This document shows positions 22,842 through 31,743 of a stretch of 32,000 nt of DNA, piece by piece. Origin of the DNA: Pyrobaculum calidifontis JCM 11548 (lineage in GTDB: Archaea > Thermoproteota > Thermoprotei > Thermoproteales > Thermoproteaceae); NCBI RefSeq assembly GCF_000015805.1, contig NC_009073.1, forward strand, positions 1,890,001-1,922,000. The letters are read 5' to 3'. Both the position numbers and the translations under genes were made by a program. Numbering within the stretch: position 1 is the first letter of the stretch; every line of letters begins with the position of its first letter. The notes under the pieces are model-generated. The model searched no databases, was not told the DNA's origin, and saw only the letters and a program-made list of their open reading frames with translations.

Positions 22842-23515
22842 GACCCCGCCGCGGCGGCGACGGGTATTGTGAGGTTGTCCTCTGGGCTTGTCGCATCTGC
22901 CACCACCACCAGCGCGGTGATGGCTAGGGCCGCCAGCGGCGGGTAGCCCGCGGCCATCAGCGCCACTACGTTGGCTAAAGCCCCGGCGAGGGTACCGGCC
23001 ACGGTTATTCTCCCAATTTTTCTGCCCCCAACGGCTGTCCCAACCACGGCGCTTACCGTGTCGTAGACGGCCATGCTCACTATGGAGGCGAGTAGGTGTT
23101 GCCTGCCAAAGAGGGTCAAGGCGGCTAGGAAGCCTACTCCGCCCATTAAAACGCCGAGGTAGCCATGTCTCTTTTCGTAGTCTCTTTCCGCCATGTCTAT
23201 CAACTCCTCCAGTTGCCTAAGGGCTCTCTGGTACTGAAGCCTTAGCTCTGGCCTCTCAATGGGGATGAGTTGTTCAAGCCTGTTGAACAAGTCCTCAAAG
23301 GTCTTAAACACGTTGCGGCGGAATTCAACCCACGCGGCCGGCTGCCTGACTTGTATCGAGTAAATGAAGCCGCTGGCCACCACCAATAGGGAGATGTACA
23401 ATTCGGCAGAGACGTCTACTAGGAAGGGCACTGCGAGCAACGCTACAAAGGCAACGTGGATCGCCTTTCTCGCCGCGAGAGTCTTTAACGACGCCCATTT
23501 TGACACATGCGACAA
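22814..23515 (-). CDS. Polytopic membrane protein, polyprenol(dolichol)-kinase / CTP-transferase-like family
   Basis: 233 aa with several TM helices and a long cytosolic helix. The C-terminal YDTVSAVVGTAVGGRKIG resembles the D-x-x-A-x-x-x-G-x-x-x-G-x-x-K signature of the SEC59/DGK1 family. Confidence 0.4.
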   Translation of the reverse strand: MSHVSKWASLKTLAARKAIHVAFVALLAVPFLVDVSAELYISLLVVASGFIYSIQVRQPAAWVEFRRNVFKTFEDLFNRLEQLIPIERPELRLQYQRALRQLEELIDMAERDYEKRHGYLGVLMGGVGFLAALTLFGRQHLLASIVSMAVYDTVSAVVGTAVGGRKIGRITVAGTLAGALANVVALMAAGYPPLAALAITALVVVADATSPEDNLTIPVAAAAGSYLSGLLPR

Positions 23516-23524
23516 GACCCCCGG

Positions 23525-23962
23525 CTATATATCCTTTGGGCAGACGCCCACTATGACCCTCAGCGGGGCGCCTCTCTTAAGCTCTGCCACCAGCCTCCTA
23601 TCCAGCTCTGCCGCGGACTTGTCACTGGCCACGGCCACCGTGGACTCGTCCACGTACTCCGACTTCCTGACCACGAGCCGCCAGCGGGAGGTGGGCGTCC
23701 ACCTCGGCGTTTTGCCCACGACGTAGTCCACCGCTGTGCCTACGTCGAGTATTATCACCACGGTGCCCTCATGCGCCAAGGCGTGGAGCACTTGTGCGTC
23801 TAGCTCGCCAGCCGCCTTCTCGGCGCAACAAGCCACTATGCAGTCGCCCCGCTTTGTCACATACGGGTCCTTCGTTATTTCAAGCGTCCTCCTGTTTGTG
23901 GCAGTGATGTTGGGGTGGCCGCGTGCGGTAAACACGTCGCGGGGGACGTCGCCCCTCTTCAC
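23525..23962 (-). CDS. DUF371-family protein
   Basis: ARGHPNITATNRRTLEITKDPYVTKRGDCIVA is the DUF371 signature. The start is placed at GTG 23962 (18 nt from the shared TATA) instead of the ORF-track 23995. Confidence 0.6.
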   Translation of the reverse strand: MKRGDVPRDVFTARGHPNITATNRRTLEITKDPYVTKRGDCIVACCAEKAAGELDAQVLHALAHEGTVVIILDVGTAVDYVVGKTPRWTPTSRWRLVVRKSEYVDESTVAVASDKSAAELDRRLVAELKRGAPLRVIVGVCPKDI

Positions 23963-23980
23963 TTTCTCTAGGCACACGAT

Positions 23981-23990
23981 ATTATTTATT
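23981..23990. promoter_or_regulatory. Single shared TATA element for divergent leaderless genes (DUF371 and tyrS)
   Basis: ATTATTTATT lies 20 nt upstream of ATG 24011 (+) and 18 nt upstream of GTG 23962 (-). Confidence 0.5.
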
Positions 23991-24010
23991 GACACTTTTT
24001 CAAAGTTGCC

Positions 24011-25129
24011 ATGGACGTCGAGGAGAGACTTTCGCTAGTGCTTCGGTACCCCACTGAGGAGGTGATCACAGTGGAGGAGCTTAGGGAGCTCTTCCAGGGG
24101 GGCTACAAGCTGAACCACTACATTGGGTTTGAGATAAGTGGGTTTATCCACATAGGCACAGGCGTGGTGAGCATGTCGAAAGTGGTAGATCTGCAACGCG
24201 CCGGGGTGAGGACCACGGTTTTTCTAGCAGATATTCACTCGTGGCTTAATAACAAGCTCGGGGGCGACTTAGACACCATTAGGCGGGTGGCCGTGACGTA
24301 CTACGTCGAAACCTTCAAGAGGATTATAGAGGTCCTTGGGGGAGACCCGGACGCCACGCGGTTTGTCCTCGGCTCAGACCTCTACCACCACAACGACGAG
24401 TACTGGTTTCTCCTAATGGATATAACTCGGCATCTAACTCTGTCGCAGGTTAGGCATAGTTTGACGATACTGGGCAGGAAGATGGGGGAGTCCATCCCCC
24501 TCGCCTACTTGGTCTACCCCCCGCTCCAGGTGGCCGACGTGTTCGCGCTCGGCGCCCATATTCCACACGGGGGAATTGACCAGCGGAGGGCGCACATACT
24601 GGCGAGGCAAGTGGCAGACAAGATTAGGTTCTACCCCCTCACTGTTGACGGCAAGAGAATTAAGCCAGTGGCGCTTCACCACAGGCTACTCCCAGCTCTC
24701 AACATATCCTCCAAGCCCAGTAGCAAAGAGGAGTTGAGCGAGCTTAAGATGTCGAAGAGCATCCCCCAGAGCGCCATTTTTGTCCACGACAGCCCCGAGG
24801 AGATTAGGCAGAAGGTGGCCAAGGCCTACTGCCCGCCGCGTGAGGTAGAGTACAACCCCGTGCTGGAGCTTCTTAGGATAGCGGCCTTCCGCGAGGAGAG
24901 GAAGACGCCGCTGGTTATTAAGAGGCCGGAGAAGTACGGGGGAGACGTGGAGGTGTGGAAGTACGAGGAGCTTGAGGCCATGTATAAGGAGGGGAAGATA
25001 CACCCGGCAGACTTAAAGGCCGTGACGGCCGAGGCCTTGGCCGCGCTGTTGGAGCCGGTGTATAAGTTCTTCCAGGGGCCTGGGGCGAAGCTACTTGAAG
25101 AAATGAGAAACATAGCTATAACCCGCTAG
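24011..25129 (+). CDS. tyrS: Tyrosine--tRNA ligase (archaeal type)
   Basis: 372 aa. It is collinear with archaeal TyrRS as I recall it: [15 protein letters not shown] (HIGH region), [53 protein letters not shown]. Confidence 0.9.
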   Translation: MDVEERLSLVLRYPTEEVITVEELRELFQGGYKLNHYIGFEISGFIHIGTGVVSMSKVVDLQRAGVRTTVFLADIHSWLNNKLGGDLDTIRRVAVTYYVETFKRIIEVLGGDPDATRFVLGSDLYHHNDEYWFLLMDITRHLTLSQVRHSLTILGRKMGESIPLAYLVYPPLQVADVFALGAHIPHGGIDQRRAHILARQVADKIRFYPLTVDGKRIKPVALHHRLLPALNISSKPSSKEELSELKMSKSIPQSAIFVHDSPEEIRQKVAKAYCPPREVEYNPVLELLRIAAFREERKTPLVIKRPEKYGGDVEVWKYEELEAMYKEGKIHPADLKAVTAEALAALLEPVYKFFQGPGAKLLEEMRNIAITR

Positions 25130-26164
25130 GAGGAGGGCTCTGAGCGCGGCAAGCGACCTGGGGTCTGTAAGCGCCGCCGTTGCGAGAGTTTTCACGTGGT
25201 CGTCGTAGTCCACTGCGAGGTAGTCTCCGCCGCTGAGAGTTTTCAACAGCCGGTCAACGGCCCTCTTCCCGTAGAGAAGCTTGAACAAGAGGTGCGCCGC
25301 CCTCAGCCTCATGCGCAACTGCCGCGTCCCCTCCTCGTAAAGGCTTGGGGTGCCCCTCGCCAAGGCCTCCGCGGCCAGCTTCCCGCTTTTAACCGCGAGC
25401 ACGATCCCCCCGCCGCTGAGGGGCTTGACGAGCCCCGCGGCGTCTCCCACGAGTACCACTCTGCCGTGCACCACCCTCTGCACCGGAGGTCCGGCAAGCA
25501 CGCCGCCGCCAAACGGCCTGTCCACAGGCGACCCCTTTAACAACTTCACCAGCTTGTTCAACTTTTCCACTAGGCAGCACTTGTCGGCTAGGCCTACGCG
25601 GTAGACGCCCTTGTCCACTTCAACAACCCATGCAAAATACGCCTGGGAAATCTTGGGGTTGTATACGACGGTGATGCCGGGGAGCTCAGCCGGGCTTTTT
25701 ACGTCCACTTGGAGGCCCGGCAGTCTGACCACCTCGCCGTACGCCCTAGAGAGGCGCCTCAGCGAGCCCTCGGCCACTACGATGTAGTCATATGGACCGT
25801 ACTTCTCCCCCCTCTCTGTGTACAAGTACGGGCCCTTGATCGCCGTCACCTTTTCGCCAAAGCGGATGTTGGCCACGTGTTCTGCGAGACGCCGCTCCAG
25901 CCCCGGCCTATCCAGTAGGTACACCCCGCCTCTTATGCGGAAGCGGATAAAGTCGCCGTCTAGGTTTGTCACGTAGAGCTCGTCGTACCTCCTAACCACC
26001 ACCTCTCGGGGGATGCCTACCCTCTCCGCCGAGACGGCGCTGACGAGGCTTGTGCAATGTCTGGGAAGCCCCACTACGTTGTGTTCTTCAAAGACTTCTG
26101 CGTCTTTTAAGGCGGCTGCTACGGACAGTCCAGCAGGACCTGCACCTATGACCGCAATACGCAC
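25091..26164 (-). CDS. FAD-dependent geranylgeranyl-reductase-family oxidoreductase
   Basis: From GTG 26164: (M)[18 protein letters not shown] Rossmann motif, and later [19 protein letters not shown]. The start was moved from 26182 on TATA spacing. The 3' end overlaps tyrS by 39 nt. Confidence 0.7.
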   Translation of the reverse strand: MRIAVIGAGPAGLSVAAALKDAEVFEEHNVVGLPRHCTSLVSAVSAERVGIPREVVVRRYDELYVTNLDGDFIRFRIRGGVYLLDRPGLERRLAEHVANIRFGEKVTAIKGPYLYTERGEKYGPYDYIVVAEGSLRRLSRAYGEVVRLPGLQVDVKSPAELPGITVVYNPKISQAYFAWVVEVDKGVYRVGLADKCCLVEKLNKLVKLLKGSPVDRPFGGGVLAGPPVQRVVHGRVVLVGDAAGLVKPLSGGGIVLAVKSGKLAAEALARGTPSLYEEGTRQLRMRLRAAHLLFKLLYGKRAVDRLLKTLSGGDYLAVDYDDHVKTLATAALTDPRSLAALRALLLAGYSYVSHFFK

Positions 26165-26180
26165 GACACTATTTGTCAGC

Positions 26181-26191
26181 ATTTATATATT
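26181..26191. promoter_or_regulatory. Single near-palindromic TATA element shared by divergent leaderless genes
   Basis: ATTTATATATT lies 17-19 nt from GTG 26164 (-) and from GTG 26209 (+). Confidence 0.5.
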
Positions 26192-26208
26192 CGGCTTCCA
26201 CGGGGGCT

Positions 26209-27624
26209 GTGTTGTACAAGAAAGCGATTAGAGACCCAATCCACGGCTTCATTAAGCTCACTGAGGAGGAGGTCAAGTTTATAGACGGCGAGCCTCTTGT
26301 CCAGAGGCTGAGGTATGTGAAACAACTGGGCTTCGTCTATCTTGTATATCCAACGGCCACGCATACGAGGTTTGACCACAGCTTAGGCGTGATGTACATC
26401 GCCACGTTGCTTGGGGAGAAGATAATGCAGTTGATGGGCGAGAAAGACGAGGGCTTGCTTCAGCACCTCCGCATAGCCGCCTTGTTGCACGACCTGGGGC
26501 ACCTGCCGTTTTCCCACTCCTTCGAGGCCGTGGTCAGCGAAGTTCTCCACATGGCCAAGAAGGGTGGGTGCGTCGATGTGGACCTTTCCATGTTTGACGT
26601 GGGGAAGCCCCACGAGGTCACGACTAGGCTTCTAGTGGATAAAGTTTCGCCAAGGCTCTCTGAGCTGGGCTACGACCCAGACCTCGTCAAGGCTTTGCTG
26701 TTTGACGGAGAGAAGTATAAGCCGTTTCACAGCATACTCTCGGGGGTATTTGACGCAGACCGGCTGGACTACATAATGCGAGATATGTATTTCACGGGGG
26801 CGGCTGTGGGCACCAGTTTTACACACATAGACCTCGAGCGAGTTGTGGAAAATCTCGAGGAGGCGGGGGACAGATTTCTGTTTAACGAGAAGGCGAGAGT
26901 TAATTTGGAGGGCTACTTAATCACGCGCTATAACTTGTATCGGCACGTCTACCTCCACCACAAGACGGTCCTTTTTACAGAAGTCGCGAGGAGCATAATA
27001 GCTGAGAATGTGGAAAAATGTGCGGAGGGGCGCGGGGGTGAGATTTGTCAATATCTCTGCGACCTCGCGAGATTTATATCAGGCGACGTAGATGAAGAGG
27101 TGGTTTGGAAGGCCACAGACGAGTACTTCGTCTCAGTCTTTGTCAAAGACCCAAAGTTTAGGGAGCTACTTTCACGCAAGCAGCTCGACTACGTGGCTCT
27201 TTGGAAGCGTGAAAAAGACTTCTTGGAGGTGTTTAAGGACCCCGTTAGGCTTAACGAGGCTGTGGATAGGCTTGGCCCGCCGCACTGGGCCTTGATAGAC
27301 AAGTTGAAGAAGAAGCTCGTGGAGCGGCTCAACGTCGAGCTCGGCGATTCCAACTGCAGACTTGAGCCCAGCGACGTGTTGATATCTTACGTGAGCTTTG
27401 ACCCCAGGGCAGAGGACTTGTATATAACGACGGCGCGGGGGCCTGTGCCAATATACGAAATTTCTCCACTGGTGGCCGCAGTCAACGAGGCGTGGAGGAG
27501 GGCCCCCCACCTCTTTGTGCACGTTAGGAGGGGGGTTTTGGACAAGTGCAAAAACGCCCTCGATATTTTAAAAGCGTCGTTAGAGCCGCTTCTCGAGCTG
27601 ACTATTAGGAGAATCTCATCCTAG
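26209..27624 (+). CDS. HD-domain phosphohydrolase (SAMHD1/dGTPase-like)
   Basis: IRDPIHGFIKL..., RFDHSLGV, LLHDLGHLPFSHSFE and DADRLDYIMRD are the HD dNTP-triphosphohydrolase-like motifs. Confidence 0.75.
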   Translation: MLYKKAIRDPIHGFIKLTEEEVKFIDGEPLVQRLRYVKQLGFVYLVYPTATHTRFDHSLGVMYIATLLGEKIMQLMGEKDEGLLQHLRIAALLHDLGHLPFSHSFEAVVSEVLHMAKKGGCVDVDLSMFDVGKPHEVTTRLLVDKVSPRLSELGYDPDLVKALLFDGEKYKPFHSILSGVFDADRLDYIMRDMYFTGAAVGTSFTHIDLERVVENLEEAGDRFLFNEKARVNLEGYLITRYNLYRHVYLHHKTVLFTEVARSIIAENVEKCAEGRGGEICQYLCDLARFISGDVDEEVVWKATDEYFVSVFVKDPKFRELLSRKQLDYVALWKREKDFLEVFKDPVRLNEAVDRLGPPHWALIDKLKKKLVERLNVELGDSNCRLEPSDVLISYVSFDPRAEDLYITTARGPVPIYEISPLVAAVNEAWRRAPHLFVHVRRGVLDKCKNALDILKASLEPLLELTIRRISS

Positions 27625-27912
27625 CGACACGCCGAGCGTCTTTTTCACGTACTCCGCTACCTCATCTCTAGTCTGTTCATACAGCGCCTTGCCCTCCTTT
27701 GTAAGCTCCACCACGCCGCCTCTTATCGCCACCTCGCGCCTCAGAAGCTGAGGCCACACCCGCCAGTTGTACCTCTCGCCGAGCTCCTCAACCGCGCGCC
27801 TGGCCAACTCGTCTATTTCCTCCACCTTGGCGGGGCCCTCGGCGAGCCGGCGCATTATGACTAGCCGGAGGTATTCCCCAATGGGGCTGTAGCGTACATA
27901 TTGGACATACAT
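27616..27912 (-). CDS. Small hypothetical protein, possibly winged-helix
   Basis: 98 aa. The ATG lies 19 nt downstream of TATA ATAAATAA. The protein is helical and charged, with a ...GGVVELTKEGKALYE wing-like segment. No firm motif. Confidence 0.5.
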   Translation of the reverse strand: MYVQYVRYSPIGEYLRLVIMRRLAEGPAKVEEIDELARRAVEELGERYNWRVWPQLLRREVAIRGGVVELTKEGKALYEQTRDEVAEYVKKTLGVSLG

Positions 27913-27931
27913 ACGATATAGTGAAACCTCC

Positions 27932-27939
27932 GTTATTTA
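27932..27939 (-). promoter_or_regulatory. TATA box of the 98-aa gene
   Basis: Minus strand ATAAATAA lies 19 nt upstream of ATG 27912. Confidence 0.5.
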
Positions 27940-27977
27940 TCTCCAGGACTTAAGAAGAGGTGTAGGGAGGGAGGGGG

Positions 27978-27985
27978 TAAATTGA
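27978..27985 (+). promoter_or_regulatory. TATA box of the methyltransferase gene
   Basis: TAAATTGA lies 18 nt upstream of GTG 28004. Confidence 0.45.
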
Positions 27986-28003
27986 AAATTCCTGTGTAGA
28001 GGT

Positions 28004-28840
28004 GTGGGGCCTGTGGAGGTACCAGTGGTGTCTAGGTGGCAGATAGAGGACTTGAAAAATAGGTCTCGGGAAGTGTCCTTCGACTTAGAGCTTACCAAGA
28101 GCCGGGTTGAATATGTGGGCGGGTTTGCCAAGTTTGAGTACCGGGGCGTCTGGTACGAGGTGGCGTTGGACGAGCTTCCAGATGTGGACGAGGAGAGCTG
28201 TGAAGTATATGCATATGTGGAGGGGACGTGGCGCGAGTTGTCGATAGCTGAGAGCCGGTTTTATAAGCTGTGCGTGTTTAAGAGGGGCTGGGCCCCCACC
28301 TTGATGATAGATGGAATCACTATGCACAGCGTCTTGGAGGACCCCATGGTCATAACCGCGCGGAAGATTAGGAGAGTCGGCGGGCGCGTCTTTGAGTGTT
28401 GCACCGGCCTCGGCTACACAGCAATTGAGGCCTTGAGGAGGGGGGCTAGGCAGGTGGTCACCGTGGAGGTGGACCCCAACGTGTTAACTCTGGCCATGTA
28501 CAACCCCTTTAGCAGAGGACTCTGGTCTCCTGCGGTGGATATAGTGGTGGAGGACTGCTTGGTCTTCATCGCCGCTGTTAGAGACTCGTCGTTTGACTAC
28601 GTAATACACGACCCCCCGAGACTTAGCCATGCCACTCAGAAGCTGTACTCTGAGGGTCTTTACAGAGAGTTTTACAGAATTTTGAAAAGGGGCGGAGGGT
28701 TGTTTCACTATGTGAGTCAAACCGGCGTGAAGTACAGGGGGCTTAATCCACTGCGCGGCGTAGTGGAAAGGCTTAGCAAAGTGGGGTTCGTCGTAGAGGG
28801 GGCGGAGAGCGGAATTGGGGTGTATGCGAAAAGGCGCTAG
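28004..28840 (+). CDS. Class-I SAM-dependent methyltransferase
   Basis: 278 aa. SAM-binding motif I VFECCTGLGYTAIEAL, acidic motif II VTVEVD and motif IV VIHDPPR. Confidence 0.65.
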   Translation: MGPVEVPVVSRWQIEDLKNRSREVSFDLELTKSRVEYVGGFAKFEYRGVWYEVALDELPDVDEESCEVYAYVEGTWRELSIAESRFYKLCVFKRGWAPTLMIDGITMHSVLEDPMVITARKIRRVGGRVFECCTGLGYTAIEALRRGARQVVTVEVDPNVLTLAMYNPFSRGLWSPAVDIVVEDCLVFIAAVRDSSFDYVIHDPPRLSHATQKLYSEGLYREFYRILKRGGGLFHYVSQTGVKYRGLNPLRGVVERLSKVGFVVEGAESGIGVYAKRR

Positions 28841-29874
28841 AGGAGGTGGGGCACTCTGTTTAAGACAACGCCGCCTTCTGCAACGTAGACCATGTCCTCT
28901 ATTCTTACGCCGCCTACGCCATCGATGTAGACGCCTGGCTCAATGGTTATAACTTGGCCTCTCTTCAGGACCTCTTTAGACGTGGCATAGAGCCGTGGGG
29001 GCTCGTGTACTTCAACGCCGACGCCGTGCCCCGTGGAGTGGATGAAGTAGTTGGCAAAGCCGTACTCTCCGAGGACGTCTCTCGCCGCCTTGTCCACATC
29101 TGCGGCCGGCGCGCCTTCCCTTACCGCCTTCTCTGCGGCCTTTACTGCCTCATATACGGCGTATACCGCGTCTTTGAGTACGGGCCCCGGGTTGCCCATT
29201 AGGAGAGTCCTAGTCATGTCTGAGCAGTACACGTCCTTCTTAGCCCCTATGTCCACCACCACTAGGTCGCCTTGTGTAATCTTCCTGTCCCCAAAGCGGT
29301 AGTGGGGGAAGGCGCCGTTGGGCCCTGAGGCCACTATTGGGTCAAAGGCAACGCCGTCTGCGCCCTCCTCCATAAACCACTTGTAGACCAGAGCCGCCAC
29401 ATCTCTCTCCCTTAGTCCGACAAGCCTCATTTCGCCAAGCCGTAGAAAGGCCCTCTCAGTTATCTTAAGAGCTTCTCTCATAAGTTCTAGCTCCCACTCC
29501 TCTTTAACGCTACGCAAGTCCAACAGCTCTGTAGACACGTCCACTCCCAACTCCTTGCTGTCGGAGGCTACTCTCCCCTGGAGCCTCTTGGCAACGTCCA
29601 GGAAGCTGGACGCTATCTCTAACTCCTCCCCAGGCCTCCTTGGGGGCAACTCTGTGGAAGCCAACGCTACGATTTTGTCTACGGGGGCGGTGGCCTTTGC
29701 TCTGGCGTAGTCCAGCCTAGATACATACAGGGTGGCGCGTCCCGTGGAGAGCTCTAGGACTAGCCCCAACGCGTCTGGCATACCCACCGCGTAGGCCAAG
29801 TTGGGGCTCTTTGTGAGAACCAAGTAGTCGAAGCGTTCTGAGAACGCCTTTGCCAGCTTTTTCAAGTTCCGCAT
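28837..29874 (-). CDS. M24-family Xaa-Pro peptidase (prolidase/aminopeptidase P-like)
   Basis: 345 aa. DLVVVDIG...YCSDMTRT, HSTGHGVGVEVHEPP, ITIEPGVY and GGVRIEDMV are the pita-bread metal-ligand motifs. Confidence 0.85.
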   Translation of the reverse strand: MRNLKKLAKAFSERFDYLVLTKSPNLAYAVGMPDALGLVLELSTGRATLYVSRLDYARAKATAPVDKIVALASTELPPRRPGEELEIASSFLDVAKRLQGRVASDSKELGVDVSTELLDLRSVKEEWELELMREALKITERAFLRLGEMRLVGLRERDVAALVYKWFMEEGADGVAFDPIVASGPNGAFPHYRFGDRKITQGDLVVVDIGAKKDVYCSDMTRTLLMGNPGPVLKDAVYAVYEAVKAAEKAVREGAPAADVDKAARDVLGEYGFANYFIHSTGHGVGVEVHEPPRLYATSKEVLKRGQVITIEPGVYIDGVGGVRIEDMVYVAEGGVVLNRVPHLL

Positions 29875-29876
29875 GG

Positions 29877-30281
29877 CTAAAAATGGGCCTTATTTAATCT
29901 CTTCAGCGGCACGGGCTTGTCGTATTTTCTCACCACTGTGAAGTAGATCACTGTCACGACGTCCCTGTCACCCACCTCGCCGTATATCTCGCGTAGCTCG
30001 TTTATCAGCTCTTCTCTGCTTGTAAATCCCTCGGCCTCTACTACCTCTTCGCCGAGTTTTCCCAGCTCGGTGTAGTACACCCTTGTGATGAGGGCCTCGG
30101 CGTATATTTTGTCGCAACAGACTATGTATATGAGAGAGAGCCTCGGCTTCACTACGCCGTATCTAACAGTGACCCTCTTCCTCCCGCTTAGTACGCTCTC
30201 CAAATACTTCTCTTTGAATCTAACGAAGGGCCCTATGTCCACCTCTCTGCCCACAGACAGCCGAACCTTTATATTAATCAA
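29877..30281 (-). CDS. ASCH (PUA-like) domain protein; start uncertain
   Basis: FVRFKEKYLESVLSGRKRVTVRYG matches the ASCH N-terminal beta-strand/GxKxxxxR pattern. It lies 2 nt upstream of the peptidase gene on the same strand. The TTG 30281 start lies inside a TATA-like box, so the real start may be a GTG about 30-40 nt downstream. Confidence 0.5.
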   Translation of the reverse strand: MINIKVRLSVGREVDIGPFVRFKEKYLESVLSGRKRVTVRYGVVKPRLSLIYIVCCDKIYAEALITRVYYTELGKLGEEVVEAEGFTSREELINELREIYGEVGDRDVVTVIYFTVVRKYDKPVPLKRLNKAHF

Positions 30282-30285
30282 CCTT

Positions 30286-30786
30286 ATGTACCCCGTGTGC
30301 GAGGTCGCCGCCGTGGAAGACCGCTTGGTCTTCTCAGGCCCCGAGCTTGAGACCGTAATGGCGTATCTAACCGTGAGAAACGTGGCGGAAAGGGTAGAGG
30401 TGAGAGACGGGGCCCTTCACATAACGCCCCAGCTCCCGGAGTTGGCCAGCGCCTTGAAGGCCTTGTGCAACTCCGACGTCTCGTCGCTTCTCCTGGACGT
30501 AAAAGAGTCGTTGTTGCACATGGGGTGGCTCGTGGAGGGGGGGAGGGACATTGTAAAAATTAGGAGAAGCAGGAGGGCTGGCGTTAGCGGCTTTATAACG
30601 TTTGAATACGACAAATTGAACAGAACGGCGTCTGTGGTAACAACCCAGCTCTGCCTCGCCGGGGAGCTACAGAGGCTGGGGTTTGAAGTGTCAGCGTCGA
30701 AGTACCTCCTAGAGGCGCGGAGGCACGTGAACTCCCTGGTGGAGGCCATAGAGCTGGAGGAGGAGCTGAGCAAGCTGACATGTTAG
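30286..30786 (+). CDS. Hypothetical protein (166 aa, no recognisable domain)
   Basis: The upstream part of ORF-track 30085-30786 runs antisense to the ASCH gene. The first plausible starts are ATG 30286 and GTG 30295, just after TATA TTTATATTAA (30269-30278). The stop overlaps the next gene by 7 nt. Confidence 0.45.
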   Translation: MYPVCEVAAVEDRLVFSGPELETVMAYLTVRNVAERVEVRDGALHITPQLPELASALKALCNSDVSSLLLDVKESLLHMGWLVEGGRDIVKIRRSRRAGVSGFITFEYDKLNRTASVVTTQLCLAGELQRLGFEVSASKYLLEARRHVNSLVEAIELEEELSKLTC

Positions 30787-31124
30787 CGCTTATACTCCTA
30801 GTAGCTCAAATCGCGGTAGTGGCCTTCGCCGTGTATACGGGCCGGCGGAGGCTTAAGGCCATGATAAACGACGCACAAAACCACACAGAGGAGCTCGTGA
30901 AAGAGGACTTGCCCGAGGTGGACAAGTCCATCCTAAAGCTACTGGCCGAGAGACAAGGCGTCGTGTACCAGAGCGAGATTATGAAGGTGTTAGGCCTTCC
31001 TAAGAGCACGGTACACAAGGCGTTGAGGAGGCTCAGCGAGGCTGGCTACGTCGAAATACAAAAACGCGGTCGGCTTAACGTCGTTGTGCTTAAACGTCCT
31101 ACTTCAGAGGCTTCAACAACTTAA
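30780..31124 (+). CDS. Membrane-anchored winged-helix (MarR/ArsR-like) DNA-binding protein
   Basis: 114 aa. N-terminal TM helix LALILLVAQIAVVAFAVY, then ILKLLAERQGVVYQSEIMKVLGLPKSTVHKALRRLSEAGYVEIQKRGR (HTH plus wing). Confidence 0.65.
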   Translation: MLALILLVAQIAVVAFAVYTGRRRLKAMINDAQNHTEELVKEDLPEVDKSILKLLAERQGVVYQSEIMKVLGLPKSTVHKALRRLSEAGYVEIQKRGRLNVVVLKRPTSEASTT

Positions 31125-31518
31125 CTTCGCCGTATTTGCGCAGAGTGTCGATTATCAGCGGGAGGGGGGCTTCCTCCAAGCCGCTGTAGCCCGCAAGTCT
31201 TACGTCGTCCTCTGTAACTCTGATAAATCCGCTTCCAACCCTAATAGTGACCTCTTTTGGCCCATAAACAATCTTAAACCTCTGCCTAGCCTCAGCCAGC
31301 AACTTAGCTATCTCGGCGGCTAGGGCCAATTGCTCCTTAGTAGGCTTACCCCGCGGCTTTCTCTTCTTCAGCTCACTCAAGTCCTCTTGAGAAAAGTCGC
31401 CCTTCACTACGCCTTTAACCTTATCCACCACCACTAAGTTCCCCTCGTAGTCTACTACCTCTACGTTCTCGCCTCTCTCCACCCTAGCCACTAGCTCTTG
31501 TAACGTTATCTTCTCCAC
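31099..31518 (-). CDS. Hypothetical protein (about 139 aa)
   Basis: The start is placed at GTG 31518 (19 nt from TATA GTTTTAAA) rather than the ORF-track 31596. The protein is charged with a Lys-rich linker (KKRKPRGKPTKEQ). No motif recognised. Confidence 0.45.
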   Translation of the reverse strand: MEKITLQELVARVERGENVEVVDYEGNLVVVDKVKGVVKGDFSQEDLSELKKRKPRGKPTKEQLALAAEIAKLLAEARQRFKIVYGPKEVTIRVGSGFIRVTEDDVRLAGYSGLEEAPLPLIIDTLRKYGEVKLLKPLK

Positions 31519-31527
31519 GGGGGGCTC

Positions 31528-31545
31528 AAATATTAAATTTAAAAC
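31528..31545. promoter_or_regulatory. Back-to-back TATA boxes for divergent leaderless genes
   Basis: AAATATTAAATTTAAAAC. ATATTAAAT lies 19 nt upstream of GTG 31558 (+), and GTTTTAAA (minus strand) lies 19 nt upstream of GTG 31518 (-). Confidence 0.45.
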
Positions 31546-31557
31546 GTTTAGCCGGAC

Positions 31558-31743
31558 GTGGACTCCGCTTCCCCAGCCTCCGAATATCTTGCACACTTGT
31601 CCAAGTGCCCCTCCTGTGGGAGAGATATGGAGGTGGTCAACCAGTTTCTGAGAATAGACCAGCTGACGGGCAGGAGAGTCTTTGAGAGAAGTCTAACGTG
31701 TAAGTGGTGTGGTATAAAAATTAGGCAGTATGTACAACTATGA
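31558..31743 (+). CDS. Small zinc-ribbon protein
   Basis: 61 aa with two CxxC pairs (CPSCG ... CKWCG). Its TGA overlaps the ATG of the next ORF (ATGA at 31740-31743). Confidence 0.55.
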   Translation: MDSASPASEYLAHLSKCPSCGRDMEVVNQFLRIDQLTGRRVFERSLTCKWCGIKIRQYVQL

